DNA of 63,029 nucleotides, the filler included, from Octopus bimaculoides (Eukaryota): the NCBI RefSeq assembly GCF_001194135.2. It is 5 parts of 5 records of this genome, joined end to end, with 100 filler letters (N's around TTAATTAATTAA, not from the genome) between each part and the next. Parts side by side here need not be neighbours in the genome. Positions count along the whole stretch, not along the records: positions 1 to 9,290 come from NC_069001.1; positions 9,391 to 37,156 come from NC_068985.1; 3 more parts are not named here. One strand, given 5' to 3'. Of the stretch, positions 1-11,914 are shown piece by piece. Both the position numbers and the translations under genes were made by a program. Positions within the stretch are counted from its first letter, which is position 1. Every line of letters starts with the position of its first letter. The notes below the pieces were generated by a model that was not told the DNA's origin, searched no databases, and saw nothing but the letters and a program-made list of their open reading frames with translations.

Positions 1-145
1 GTGTCGATAAGCCAGCTGGAGGAGATGTCCTCCTGGGGCTAAAAGCAACAGTAACATCCACCCCTAGGGGTCAGCCACACTTAAGTGGCAATATACTACA
101 CTTTATCGTGCAGTTACTGTTAATACTTCATCTAGAGAATTAACA

Positions 146-183
<38 letters not shown>

Positions 184-361
184 GAATAAAAAATTTTGAA
201 TGGTACAACAATACACTATAATACAAAAAAATGGACTATATACCTGTTGTAAGTTAGTTATCTATAGTCCAATGATATTTCAGAATACAGTTCCTTCTTC
301 AGATATTCTTAGATGGAGTCTCTGCTATAAACTGTTTTCCAACGGCTTTTCTTTTTTCGGA

Positions 362-735
362 AGCGTAGGTGCCAGAGTTGCTGTGTGGTAAGAAGCTTCT
401 TACCAACCACATGATTCTGGGTTCAGTCCTACTGTGTGGTATCTTGGGAAAGTGTCTTCTATTATAGCTTTGGGCCAACCAAAGCTTTATGAGTGGATTT
501 GGTCGACGGAAACTGAAAGAAGCCCATTGTATATGTGTGTGTATGTCTGTCTTTGTCCCTGCAACATCACTTGACAACCGATGCTGGTGTGTTTATGTCC
601 CCGTAACTTAGCGGTGGCAAAAGAGACCGATGGAATAAGTACTAGGCTTACAAAGAATAAGTTTTGGGGTTGATTTGCGCAACTAATGGTGGTGCTCCAG
701 CATGGCCGCAGTCAAATGATTAAAACAAGTAAAAG
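362..735 (+). mobile_element. tRNA-derived SINE, family A (near full length, CpG-decayed)
   Basis: Head with A/B-box-like TGTGTGGT...GGTTCAGTCC, central CA/TG tract and CAAGTAAAAGA tail. The same sequence recurs many times in the window. Confidence 0.85.
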
Positions 736-843
736 AATTTTTTAAATATATAGATATAGTACATATACTGTACATGTATGTGTGTGTATATGGCTATGTT
801 TCAATGTCTACACCAGCATTTCTCCTTTTGTTTGTAATTTCAG

Positions 844-1258
844 GGAGCAAGAAAGAAGTGAAAGGTATTCTAAAACAACAAGCTCTCCAACAGCATCAGA
901 TGGGTCGTCATCATCAGGTGTCATCCACACAGGGCAGTGTGCAATCACAGAGTTTGCAGCGCAGCCACCACCGGCCATTGGAACAAGCGCTGCGCCCTTC
1001 CACCACTGAACAAATACATGTGAAGAACTCACTGCATCAGAAACAAGCAAAGTTGTGTCCATCGAAGACAGTGTCACCAAAATTGTCCAGCAACCAGTGC
1101 CACAACGATGACAGTCACAACAGTCGGAGTAATGGTAGCACAGTGGTACTACAATATGATGGACATTCCAGTAATCTAAGTGTTGTCTCACCTGAACAAA
1201 TTGACAAGAGAAGTGCAGATGATAAAGGATCTGTTAACAAGAAGGATCAACCTAAGGT

Positions 1259-1290
<32 letters not shown>

Positions 1291-1496
1291 ACAACCACTC
1301 AAGTCACATTCACCTTGGCTCTCCCATATCATCTTCCCTCCTGGGCCTCACACTAATCACAAATTCCCAGTCCTTCCACAGACTATCAACTCTCTTGCAT
1401 GACTTTTCTGCAACTATTGACTTGAACAACTACAAATCAATGGTTGCAGGAGAATGTTTGCTGATGTTTCAGTCAGTTGATGTTCCTGCACATTAA
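844..1496 (+). CDS. Terminal coding exon of an unidentified gene (Q/S/H-rich low-complexity C-terminus)
   Basis: Pyrimidine tract plus CAG acceptor at 841-843, then an open frame of about 217 codons to TAA at 1494-1496. It lies in a CpG-poor block. No recognisable domain. Confidence 0.55.
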
Positions 1497-1765
1497 AGAG
1501 GAACAATCTCAGAATTTGCAAAGTATTGGGTTGCCTGGAAAGTTTGTGCCGAATTATAGTAGCTTACCTTTCGACTTATTTGCCATGAAACCACCTCAAT
1601 TCTGAGAAGGGCATATTTTCAAGTTAAAGGAAAGATAGAGATGCATTGTGTAACAAAATGGTTCATATTTGGTTGATTAAAAATGTAATGGCAAGTATTT
1701 ATTGACCTTTTTCTTTCATTTAAAAATCGGCACGAACTTTCCGGACAACCCAATACTTCTAAACG

Positions 1766-1880
1766 CCATGGAACCCCTTCCTCTAGACCAAACTTGCAAA
1801 CACCATGGATACAGGCCCCTTCCTCCAGACAAAACTTGTAAACATCATGGACCTCTTCATCTGGACCAAACCTACAAATT
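1766..1880 (+). repeat. Three imperfect 36-42 bp tandem units (ccatgga...cccttcctc.agac.aaac.tg.aaaca)
   Basis: Visible three-fold repetition; translates as repeated PLPLDQTCKHHG-like units. Confidence 0.65.
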
Positions 1881-3307
1881 AACTCTGAACACTCCCACAA
1901 CCTTGATTTCCCACTTCCACAGGTTCTTCTGACATGAGCTGTTTAGTACCTCTGTATGTGGCTGTCATCCTTGATATGCATCACATGATCATAACAGTGC
2001 AGCCTCCACTGATTCCTCTTATATTCATAACAGTGCACACCTCACCTGATTCCTCTTATATTTAGTTTTTCTCTCAGGAAATTTGTACTCTGGCTTTCAT
2101 ACATTGCACATCCATCAGATCATACTTATTTCATGTCTTCCTAGCCTCTGCAGATCTTCAGCATTCAGTGCCCACGCTCACTACCATGCAACATCACAGT
2201 TCTGACACAGGCATCATACAAACTGTTCTTTGCTGAGAAGGAATTTTATTGCCAATGATAGTAGTTCCCTAGACTTACTCTTTCTTACTCTGGCTACTAT
2301 ACTTACAGAGCAACTCCCCCCCCCCCTGCTAATTACATCTCCTAAATAACAAAAGCTATTAACTACTTCTAGAATACTATCTGGGCAGTCAGGAGAACCT
2401 ATTTCCTGTTAGTTTCCCTGTGATTCCACACTTCTTTTGTGTCCTTAGCTTACATTGGATACAATGTATGGAATTTATACCCACTCCTTTTCTGCATATC
2501 AAGTTGGACCATTTCCCGGAAGATGCGAGGGTTCTGTCTTCTTACCTACTTATTAATAAAACTTGATGATCAGGCGCCCAAAGCTGAAAGTTATCAAGAG
2601 AAAAGGGGGAAACCTTTGCTCTACAACAAGCAAGCCACAACTTATTTCATTCACTATATATGTGTTTGAAAATGAGAGAGAGGAACTAGTATTCAGTACA
2701 TATAATAGAGTTTAATGATTTATTTTTAGAGTTAGTTGTTGAAGTTTCTAACATTAGACAATCAGAGTAGTTACAAACAAAATTATTTAAAATTTCAAGA
2801 AATGAAAATATCTATATATATAATGACATGCATGATTATGTCTATGTTCTATGGGTATATATNNNNNNNNNNNNNNNNNNNNNNNNNNNNNNNNNNNNNN
2901 NNNNNNNNNNNNNNNNNNNNNNNNNNNNNNNNNNNNNNNNNNNNNNNNNNNNNNNNNNNNNNNNNNNNNNNNNNNNNNNNNNNNNNNNNNNNNNNNNNNN
3001 NNNNNNNNNNNNNNNNNNNNNNNNNNNNNNNNNNNNNNNNNNNNNNNNNNNNNNNNNNNNNNNNNNNNNNNNNNNNNNNNNNNNNNNNNNNNNNNNNNNN
3101 NNNNNNNNNNNNNNNNNNNNNNNNNNNNNNNNNNNNNNNNNNNNNNNNNNNNNNNNNNCATACACGCATACACACACACACACACAGAGTGTTCAGGCCA
3201 AATTTAACAGTTTGCAATAAAAGGGAAAAAACAATATTCCATCCAAAAATAAAAGTATTTTAAAAAATCAAAAAATATCAACAAGATTATGGCTGGGAGA
3301 TAACAGC

Positions 3308-3860
3308 TTACTTAAAGTAGCCACCCTCAGCTTTCACCACGACCTCAAGGTGACTCCAGAACCTGGTCCATTGATTCTTCATTGTGTCCTTGAGAAGATC
3401 TTCAAACACTTCCTTAATCTTTGCCACTAGCTTGGCTTTGGTGTTGTAGGCAGAGTAGTTAATGTCTTTCTCAACCTCATCCCACACATAATAATTTATA
3501 GGATTATAATTGGGGGAATTAGGTGGCCAGAAATTGGAGTTGGATAGGTTTCAGAAAGTTTCTAACACTTCTAACTCCTTCTGGAGGTATGGCAAAAAGC
3601 CAAATTCTGCTGTCACACAAATGGCCTTTCAGCAGCAACCCTCTCCATTCAGGAATTGACCTCAGTCTCCAGCAGCTTCACATGGCCATCTGAATTAGGC
3701 CTAAGGCCTTGTTCAAAGATGTTGAGTGATATGATGTCACCCTCACTGGAGACATACCCAAAGACCATTGCTTTCCTGCTGGCCACAGCTTCATAGTCTC
3801 CATTGCAGCTGTCCATGTCATTGCCTTCAGTGTTCACAGAGCATTGAACAACAGTCATAA
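3308..3860 (-). mobile_element. Tc1/mariner-superfamily transposase remnant (C-terminal catalytic region, decayed)
   Basis: Minus strand reads MVFGYVSSEGDI...FEQGLRPNSDGHVKLLET, then a decayed WQQD/PNSPD.NP.YYVW-like stretch and LEVVVKAEGGYFK*. These are typical of DD37D/maT-like transposases. Confidence 0.75.
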
Positions 3861-4379
3861 TGTCAGCATTTTAATGCCCAGCACAGATCATCATGATACA
3901 AGTAACTCTCTTTCAATATTCAGATGGCTTCCAGTCCTCCATGTCAACTAACCTTTTCATAATTATAACTTTAATCTTTATGCTCTTCAACACTGTTGAT
4001 TGTTCATTAATAATCAAGTTGTTGTTGAAAAAAGAAAACATGAAAAATGTTGTCAAATTTAGTTCAAACACCCTATACATACAGATACACACACACACAC
4101 ACACGTATATGTGTATGGATGTATATATGTATGTGTGTATGTATATCATCATCATCGTCGTTTAACATCTGCCTTCCATGCTAGCATGATTATTAGCAAA
4201 TTAACAAACCACCTGCCTATTTCTATATATAACGGACTAACCAATAGCAGATCATTTGTATAATTAATTTATATACTGACCTATTTATATTTGCAGCAGT
4301 AGCACTTATATTTACAATGCTACTCACCACCAATAGGGACAACAATTTTAACATGTTTGAATGATGGTAGGTTAAAGTG

Positions 4380-5890
4380 AGACCAACTGATGTGACATGT
4401 CTGTTACCAAATGCTCACTGAAACCTTTTTTTCAGGTGCCCAATACTATCTCTCCTGCCCATGTTCTCTCCCGCCACCCCTCTCCCAGTTCTCAGAGTTG
4501 GCACTGTCAATGTAGGCACATTGAAAGGTAGGTCTAGCGAGATTGTTAAGATGCTTGAACAGAGGTGTGTTGATGTATGCTGTATCCAAGTGGTACGGTG
4601 GAGAGGAGCTTTGGCCCGGCTCCTCACAAGTATGAAATCTTCTGGGAAGGTAACAGTGACAGGGTTGGTGGTGTGGCCATATTTCTTGCAGAGAAATGGG
4701 TGGATAAAGTCATAGAGGTAGTCAGAGTGAGCAATAGAGTGTGTAAGCTCAGGCTAGTCTTGCAGAATAGCATAGCATCAATTATCTCTGCCTATGCTCC
4801 ACAAGCAGGCCTACCAATTGAACAGAAGGACCATTTTTATGAAATTCTTCTACAGACTACCTCTAAGATGAATGACAAGAATCTCATCTTTGTGGCTGGG
4901 CATTTCAATGGGCATGTTGGATGGTGGCCCAGTATTTTCAATGGTGTACATGGGGGCCATGGAATCAGTTCCCAAAGCAAGGAGGGAACAAGGCTACTGG
5001 AGTTCTGTGATGCAAATAATATATTGATCTGCATCACTAACTTCAAGAAGCCGACCAGCCACCTTATAACCTACCAATCAGCTACCCTAGGCAGACTGAT
5101 TACATTCTCACCAACAGTGTAATGTATGGTTGCTCTTAAATACAAAGACCCTCCCTGGTGAAGAATGTAGCATAGACTACATTGACAGTGCCAACTCTGA
5201 GATCTGGGAAAGGGGAACGAGAGGGAACATGGGCAGGAGAGATGGTATCGAGCACCTGAAAAGAAGGTTTCAGTGAGCGTTTGGTAACAGACATGTCACA
5301 TCAGCATAGACTAATCTGGAAAAGAAGAATTTGGAAGTTTAAGGACTCTTCATATGGTCAGAGATTTAGGGACNNNNNNNNNNGAAGTTTAAGGACTCTT
5401 CATATGGTCAGAGATTTAGGGACATCCTAATTGAGAAATTTGATGAGAGGGAGGAGGAGCTACAAACTTGTGACATAGAGGGCAACTGAGAATACCTGCA
5501 GGACAGCTTGCTGAGTGCTACAGACCAAGTCTTTGGGTGGTGGAATGTTGCTGTAGAGCAAAGAAATAGGCTTGGAAGAGTGGAGGTAGCAGGGAGCTGT
5601 ATCAGATTGCCAGAAGGAAAGCCAGGTGACAGGTATATCTAACCAAGGGAGGAGCAGAAAAGAGGTTTGCCTATGTTCAGCGACATGAGGACCAAAGAAT
5701 TGAAGTGATCTAGATTGCAGTATTTGAGAGAAAATTGTGATGTCATAGAAGAGAAATCTGTCCACATGGATGATGGTGCATTTGCATTTAGTGGTTCTGC
5801 AATGAAAGAGGCTTGGAAATGCCATTATGAAAGACTGCTGAACATGGAGAATGAAAAGGAGCAGGAAAGCCTGCCAAATGTTAACCCAGT
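4380..5890 (+). mobile_element. RTE-clade LINE fragment (APE endonuclease region, frameshifted)
   Basis: LRVGTVNVGTLKGRS..EIV.MLE.R.VDVCCIQ, GGVAIFLAEKWVDKVIEVVRVS.R, SAYAPQAG, AG.FNGHVG, EGTRLLEFCDAN, plus downstream KEAWKCHYERLLN.ENE. Confidence 0.9.
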
Positions 5891-6471
5891 CTCAGGGTAT
5901 TACGCTTTCCTGAATAACCTTATTAATCATGCAGGAGACTAGTCCGTATCCTACCTTACCTTTTAAGTATCTCAGCTGTGACTCCAGTTGAACCAGGAGC
6001 TTTCCTTGTTTTCATATCTTTAATTGCCTTATCTCCCATACTGTTGGGTTTACATGAGGGAGACTCCCTTTATCCCATTCATTCTCAACATTCAGTATCC
6101 TTGCATAGTAACTCTTCTACACAATTTCATTATTTTCAGAGTGAGCAAACATCTAAGACAGCTTTCAAAGATAAACCATCAGGAAAATTCTACAATACCA
6201 AGTAAGTGATATTTAATGATATTATGTGTGATATTGTATATCGTTGGTCATATACTACAACTCTACAACACACTTATATATAATATGACACACCACCCTA
6301 AGTACTCGTATATACCACAATACACCACATTAAACACATGTAATGTATACCACAATAAACACATATATATATATTTCAACTCACCAATTGTTTTCTTGAG
6401 GTTTTCTGTTGAATTCAGTGTTGGTCATTTTACATTTATTTATGGATCCTTTGGATGATTAATCAACTGAA

Positions 6472-6535
6472 TCCTTTAAATGTAGCTCTTTTCAATGACA
6501 TATATATGTCATTGAAAAGAGCTACATTTAAAGGA
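6472..6535. repeat. Perfect 64-bp palindrome
   Basis: TCCTTTAAATGTAGCTCTTTTCAATGACATAT is followed directly by its exact reverse complement. Confidence 0.95.
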
Positions 6536-6879
6536 GAGGCCAAACCTGACCCTACATATATCCTCTTTTCTCATTTCTCCCCGTCCAAAGTCTGTCCAAA
6601 AAGATTGCCAATTTTCTATGAGAATATATGATGTGGAATTGTCCACAGTTTCTCTGTGACCTTTGTGTATATCCTTTAGAAACTTGCTGATTGTCCTGAG
6701 TTTCTTGTCAAAGCAATTTTGATGGGGTTTTTTTCTGTCTTCAACCCAATAGTTTCAGAAGTTTTGCAGGTGTTGAGCACTTTTGTACTTTTCAATCTGG
6801 CAGTGAGTGAGAATGAAGAAAGACTGTCAACTTGCAGCAACTGAGTCTCCTGATCTTTGGTTCTCTTGGTTACTCTTTT

Positions 6880-7280
6880 ACTCTTTTACTTGTTTCAGTC
6901 TTTTGACTGTGGCCATGCTGGAGCATCACCTTTAGTCGGGCAAATCGATCCCAGGACTTATTCTTTAGAAGCCTAGTACTTATTCTATCGGTCTCTTTTA
7001 CCGAACTGCTAAGTTACGGGGACATAAACACACTAGCATCGGTTGTCAAGCAATGTTGGGGGGACAAACACAGACACACAAACATATACACACATACATA
7101 TATATATACATATATACGATGGCCTTCTTTCAGTTTCCATCTACCAAATCCACTTACAAGGCTTTGGTCGGCCCGAGGCTATAGTAGAAGACACTTACCC
7201 AAGATGCCATGCAGTAGGACTGAACTCAGGACCATGTGGTTGGTAAGCAAGCTACTTACCACACAGCCACCCCTACGCCT
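6880..7280 (-). mobile_element. SINE family A
   Basis: Reverse complement of the 362-735 element. Confidence 0.85.
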
Positions 7281-7369
7281 GGTTGTTGAAAATCTCTTAC
7301 ATTTACTATGACATTTTTTCATATCATGCAATAGTCTACCCAAACATTATATGTATCTATCTGTCTGTA

Positions 7370-8229
7370 TGAGGTGGTATCAAAAAGTTCCCAGACTAGT
7401 TCTGTAGCACACCAACAGATGGTGGTACATGGTTGCGTGCACTGTGGGAGCTAGCAGTGACCTTCATGAGGCAGTGTGCCTGACATCACTGAGTTTACTT
7501 TGCAAGTTGTGAAATTTGTGTTTCTGTGATCACATGTATGCTGTAGTCTGCAAATTTTGTCATAGACAAGAAGTTGGAACCAAGAGCCAGTGTGGAATTT
7601 TGTTTTAAACTTGGGAAGTCTGCTACAGAGACATTGAGCATGCTTCAGTAAGCTTATGGCAACAAGGCATACGTAATGTTTTGAGTGGCATGGGCACTTC
7701 AAAAGCAGGACATCCCTGGAAGACAATGGGTGATCCATGAGCATCACCCCTGGACATGTGGGGAAAATTCATCAGCTTCTGCATGATGAGTGTCAGAGTA
7801 CAATCAATGACATTGCTGATATTGTTAGTCGTTCATATGGGTCTGTGCAGGCAATCCTAACATCTGAAAAGAGATGGATTTTTCACGACAATGTACCCTG
7901 TCACCGAGCTCTCCTTTCTCATGAGTTTCTCACCAAAAACAACATAGTATTGCTTCCACACTCATTCGCCAGATTTAGCACCTGTTGATTTCCATCACTT
8001 CTCCAAGATGAAAAGGCAGCTCAAAGGTCACAGTTTTAACATTGTTGTCAAGATCAAGAGCGAATTGCAGAAGGTCCTTGATTTGCTTATGGAAAACGAC
8101 TTCAAGACTGGATTCCAAAAGTGACAGTAATACTGGGGAGTGGTGTGCTTCTGCACAAGGTGACTATTTTAAAGGAGATGATGTTAAAACTTAGGTAAAT
8201 AAGTCAGGGAACTTTTTGATACAACCTCA
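7370..8229 (+). mobile_element. Internally deleted mariner element with TIRs and TA target duplication
   Basis: TIR TGAGGTGGTATCAAAAAGTTCCC / GGGAACTTTTTGATACAACCTCA, with TA at 7368-7369 and 8230-8231. Remnants EFCFKLGKSATETLSML and WIFHDNVPCHRALL..EFLTKNNIVLLPH...DLAPVDF. Confidence 0.92.
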
Positions 8230-8248
8230 TACATACAAATATAGTTAA

Positions 8249-8302
8249 CCTTGGATTCATCAATTTCTGGATTAGTCCAATAACTTTTCCTCATCAGCAA
8301 GG
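8249..8302 (-). ncRNA. Type I hammerhead ribozyme-like motif with a 1-nt insertion before GAAA
   Basis: CCUUG CUGAUGA GGA...UCC A GAAA UU GAUG AA UC CAAGG. Stem I CCUUG/CAAGG, stem II GGA/UCC, stem III UU/AA, AUC cleavage triplet. Confidence 0.65.
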
Positions 8303-8519
8303 CATACTGAGGGAAATAAATAAGATATTTATACAGATCCATAGGAAAGCAAACCCAAAGCTATGATTACATACAAATACCACAAATACAATCGCTTTGA
8401 ATTTCATTGTCTACCTCAGCATATGTGTATATGGTCAGAGTAGGTCAGAAATGAATAGACTGTCCTGAAGTAAATGGAAAATATTTTCAGTTATAATAAA
8501 ACTGTTATCACCTATTAAG

Positions 8520-8895
8520 GTGAATTCATATATAGAGATTTATAATAGTATAAAATACAATTATAATTAAGCGCATAGAAGAGACCATGCCTAAGCGTCT
8601 ACATAGACATGGTCTCTTCTATGCTTTTAATTATAATTGTATCCTTAATGGTTTTATCCATTATTATTATTATACCTTGCTGATGAGGAAAATTGATCAA
8701 TCCAAAGCTAACTATTTTATGAATTTCTATGAGACTACTCCCTCGATTTCAACACGTTGTGTACTATAAAGTTCATAATTTTTAAGTGGTTTGACGATTT
8801 AGCATCTTCTTTCAGCATAGGCATGGTCTCTTCTATGCCCTTAATTATAATGTTTTTATGTTGTAGTATTATAAATCTCTATATATAAATTCGCC
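8520..8895. repeat. Nested inverted repeats (foldback, probably a Penelope-like terminal repeat remnant)
   Basis: AATTATAATTAAG.GCATAGAAGAGACCATG (about 8558-8589) has reverse-complement copies at about 8608-8640 and 8821-8850. ATATAGAGATTTATAATA pairs with about 8866-8885. Confidence 0.75.
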
Positions 8896-9290
8896 TTAAT
8901 ATGTATATGTAAGGGACGACCGTGCGAACTCAAAAAGGAGAAATGGTGACGAATGGAAAAACAGGACTCCTTTTATTTAAACGTGTCACACGGTCGAACA
9001 TACAAATATGTATCAAATGATGTGATGATATGTTATACGACGATAACATAGATGACCAGTAATGAAAGACCACAACCGTATAAGATGAATAACAGATATA
9101 TTTATTGTAGCGTTAAAGATGTATGTCTGTGTGAAAGTGTGAATGCGACATATAAGAACATTATCAAAGATAGGCCGTCATACAAAGAAAAGTGTGTGTG
9201 TGAGTGATACATGTGTGTGAGTGTTTACAGCAGATAGAAAGAGAGTCAATAACACGTGAACAATTATACCAGTTCGTTAGTACACTATAG

Positions 9291-9390
9291 NNNNNNNNNN
9301 NNNNNNNNNNNNNNNNNNNNNNNNNNNNNNNNNNTTAATTAATTAANNNNNNNNNNNNNNNNNNNNNNNNNNNNNNNNNNNNNNNNNNNN
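9291..9390. other. Artificial 100-nt assembly spacer (44N-TTAATTAATTAA-44N)
   Basis: Six-frame stop linker inside a symmetrical N run; identical at four places. Confidence 0.95.
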
Positions 9391-9434
9391 AGGGTAACAG
9401 TCTTTTGTTATATTTCTGCTGCTTTTAAATAAAG

Positions 9435-9465
<31 letters not shown>

Positions 9466-9864
9466 GGTTTAGCCTTACGGCGTATCTTCAGACCCCAAAC
9501 TCTGCTGGCCCGAGGTTACGGGGATGTAAACAAATCAATACAGGTTGTCAAGAGGTAGAGGGGGAACCATAAAGGCACACACACACACACGACAAACTTC
9601 TTTCTGTTTCTGTTTACCAAATCCATTTGTCCAAGGTGCCAAATCTGTAATCTAAGACATTTTAGCCAAGACCATCGAGTCGCTTTGCTGTTCTTTTTTT
9701 TTGTATTCTATGCATTTGCTTTCTATTGTGTTTTTTTTTCTTTCTTTCTTCCGGGCATTGTTTATATACTTATATAAAGTATTCGTCCTATTTTTTAACA
9801 CGGGTTTTTGTTAGGTGGAGAATAGACTGCTATTTCTAGGCTCTATCATCGATTAATATTATTA

Positions 9865-9894
9865 TTAGTAGTAGTAGTGGTGGTGGTGGTGGTG

Positions 9895-9952
<58 letters not shown>

Positions 9953-10189
9953 CAAGGCGGCGTGTTGGCAGAGTCGTTAGCACGCCGGGCGAAATGCTTA
10001 GTGGTATTTCGTCTGACATCACGTTCTGAGTCCAAATGCCGCCGGGATCGACTTTGCCTTTCAAATATTTCGGGGTCGATAAATTAAGTACCAGTTACGG
10101 ACGGGGGTCGATGTAATCGAAATCGACTAGTCCTCCTCCCCGAAAATTTCAGGCCTTGTGCCGATAGTAGAAAGGATTATTATTATTAT

Positions 10190-10237
<48 letters not shown>

Positions 10238-10870
10238 CAGTAGTCATTGTTGATGTTGTACTTGCTGCTACTGCTGCTGCTGTTGTTGTTGTTGTTGTTA
10301 CTGTCATCTCCAGATCAACCCCATAAACGGAACCATTCGACCGTTGACCATCACCCTATTTCTATACCTGCAACTATTGTGTCTGCTTCCTTCCCGTTTT
10401 AAGACGGTAGTGCGAGATTTGAGGGAGATTTAGATGCGATATCTAGCAAGTCGAGCGACCTGCGCGAACAAAGCTCCTTAATTGGCCCAACGAAAGTTAA
10501 GTGGGGGGAAGACGGTGCTGATTGCAATGATGGTGATAGCAGGGAGGTGGGTAGCAGCTGTGGAAGCAGCAGCAGCAGCAACAGCAGTAGTAGCAGTGGC
10601 AGTAGCAGCAGCAGCAGTAGTAGTAGTAGTAGTAGTGGTAGCCATGGTGATGGTAATGAATGCAAATGATGAAGATTGTTGATAGTAATCGAAATGGCGG
10701 ACTTGGTAGTAATAGTGGCAGTCGTCATCTCTGTCATCGACGTGATGATGATGATAATGATGATGACAGTAATGATGATGACGATGATGATGATGATGAT
10801 GGTGGTGGTAATGATGATGATGATGATGATGACAGAGATGATAGTATGTTTTTTTTTAAGTTGTTGTTAA
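9865..10870. repeat. Compound trinucleotide microsatellite field (TAG, GGT, GCA, GTT, GAT)
   Basis: Direct inspection; explains the poly-T/V/D/M ORFs in the track. Confidence 0.95.
9955..10190 (+). mobile_element. tRNA-derived SINE, family B
   Basis: GGCGGC..G.TGGCAGA.TCGTTAGC head, TTCTGAGT.CAAAT.CCGCC B-box region, GTCGACTTTGCCTTTCA core and ATT tail. Confidence 0.85.
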
Positions 10871-11026
10871 TGCTACTGGTAGTGTTGATGGCTTAGTGTT
10901 CTACCTGTAGAGTTCTTGAAAGATGATGTAATCGGTGACGCAATTTCCAAGGGGGAGATTATCAACATTTTCATATCCTTACTTTGAGCTTATCTTTCTT
11001 TCCTATTTTTTTCTTTTTTTTTTTGC

Positions 11027-11089
<63 letters not shown>

Positions 11090-11091
<2 letters not shown>

Positions 11092-11460
11092 AGGCGCAAT
11101 GGCCTAGTGGTTAGGGCATCGTACTCGCGGTCGTAGGATCGCGGATTCGATTCCCAGACCGGGCGTTGTAAGTGTCTATTGAGCGAAAATACCTAGAGCT
11201 CCAGTGGAGGTCAATGGCTTAGTGGTTAGGGCAGCGGAAACTGAAGGAAGTCCGTCGTATGTGTGTGTGTGTGTGTGTGTGTATTTGTGTGTCTGTGTTT
11301 ATCCCCCTTCCCACCATCGCTTGACAACCGATGTTGGTCCCCGTAAATTAGCGGTTCGGCAAACAACAGGATAAGTCGTGGGGTCTATTAGTTCGACTGA
11401 AGGCAGTGCTCCAGCATGGTCGCAGTCAACTGACTGAAGCAAGTAAAAGAATAAAAGAGT
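11090..11460 (+). mobile_element. Chimeric SINE (family C tRNA head, repeated head fragment, family A 3' body)
   Basis: GGAGGCGCAATGGCCTAGTGGTTAGGGC head, a second GGAGGTCAATGGCTTAGTGGTTAGGGCAGCGG, then GGAAACTGAAGGAAG into the family A body. Confidence 0.75.
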
Positions 11461-11914
11461 ATATATATGTAACGGTTAAACAATAATTGATAAACAATAG
11501 GATGGAACGTCAGAGTCGTCACCAATTGTAATGGTTTGTTGTTAAGGTGTTGGTCGCCAGTATGCAAGATGGAAGAAGAACAGTGATTGGAGTTGTAAAG
11601 AGACATTTATTTACCGTTACTTTGTATATATCCAAAACCACGACGATGATATGTATAACTAGTAAATGGAAAAGCATGGAAGGTAAAAAGAGTTAATTTC
11701 GGTCGGTATGTGTGTACACGTTCTCATAGTAGTATATAAAGAGAGATACGGTTATGTTGCAGAGAAAAGAAAGTGAGATAGTGAAAGTGAAAGAGTCGAG
11801 GAAAGTTGTCTCGCATAGTCGCTGACGGTAACTTTATTTTTCCCTCTGGCCGTTTGGTCTCTAGCGGCTGCTTGCTTATGAATATGACTCTAGTTGTCTG
11901 TTTAATAACTAGTT

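Noticed and set aside
5334-5423. Tandem 40-bp duplication around a 10-N gap
   Set aside because: The identical sequence on both sides of a tiny gap is the usual sign of unmerged overlapping contig ends.
9335-9346. TTAATTAATTAA as a biological motif (PacI-like, homeobox or piggyBac site)
   Set aside because: It always sits between exactly 44 N on each side, so it is an assembly linker.
9846-10896. Poly-Thr/Leu/Val/Asp/Met ORFs
   Set aside because: Translations of trinucleotide microsatellites; no splice or domain support.
11090-11165. tRNA gene
   Set aside because: The tRNA-like head continues into a SINE body and recurs at 46059; no bona fide tRNA was identified in the window.
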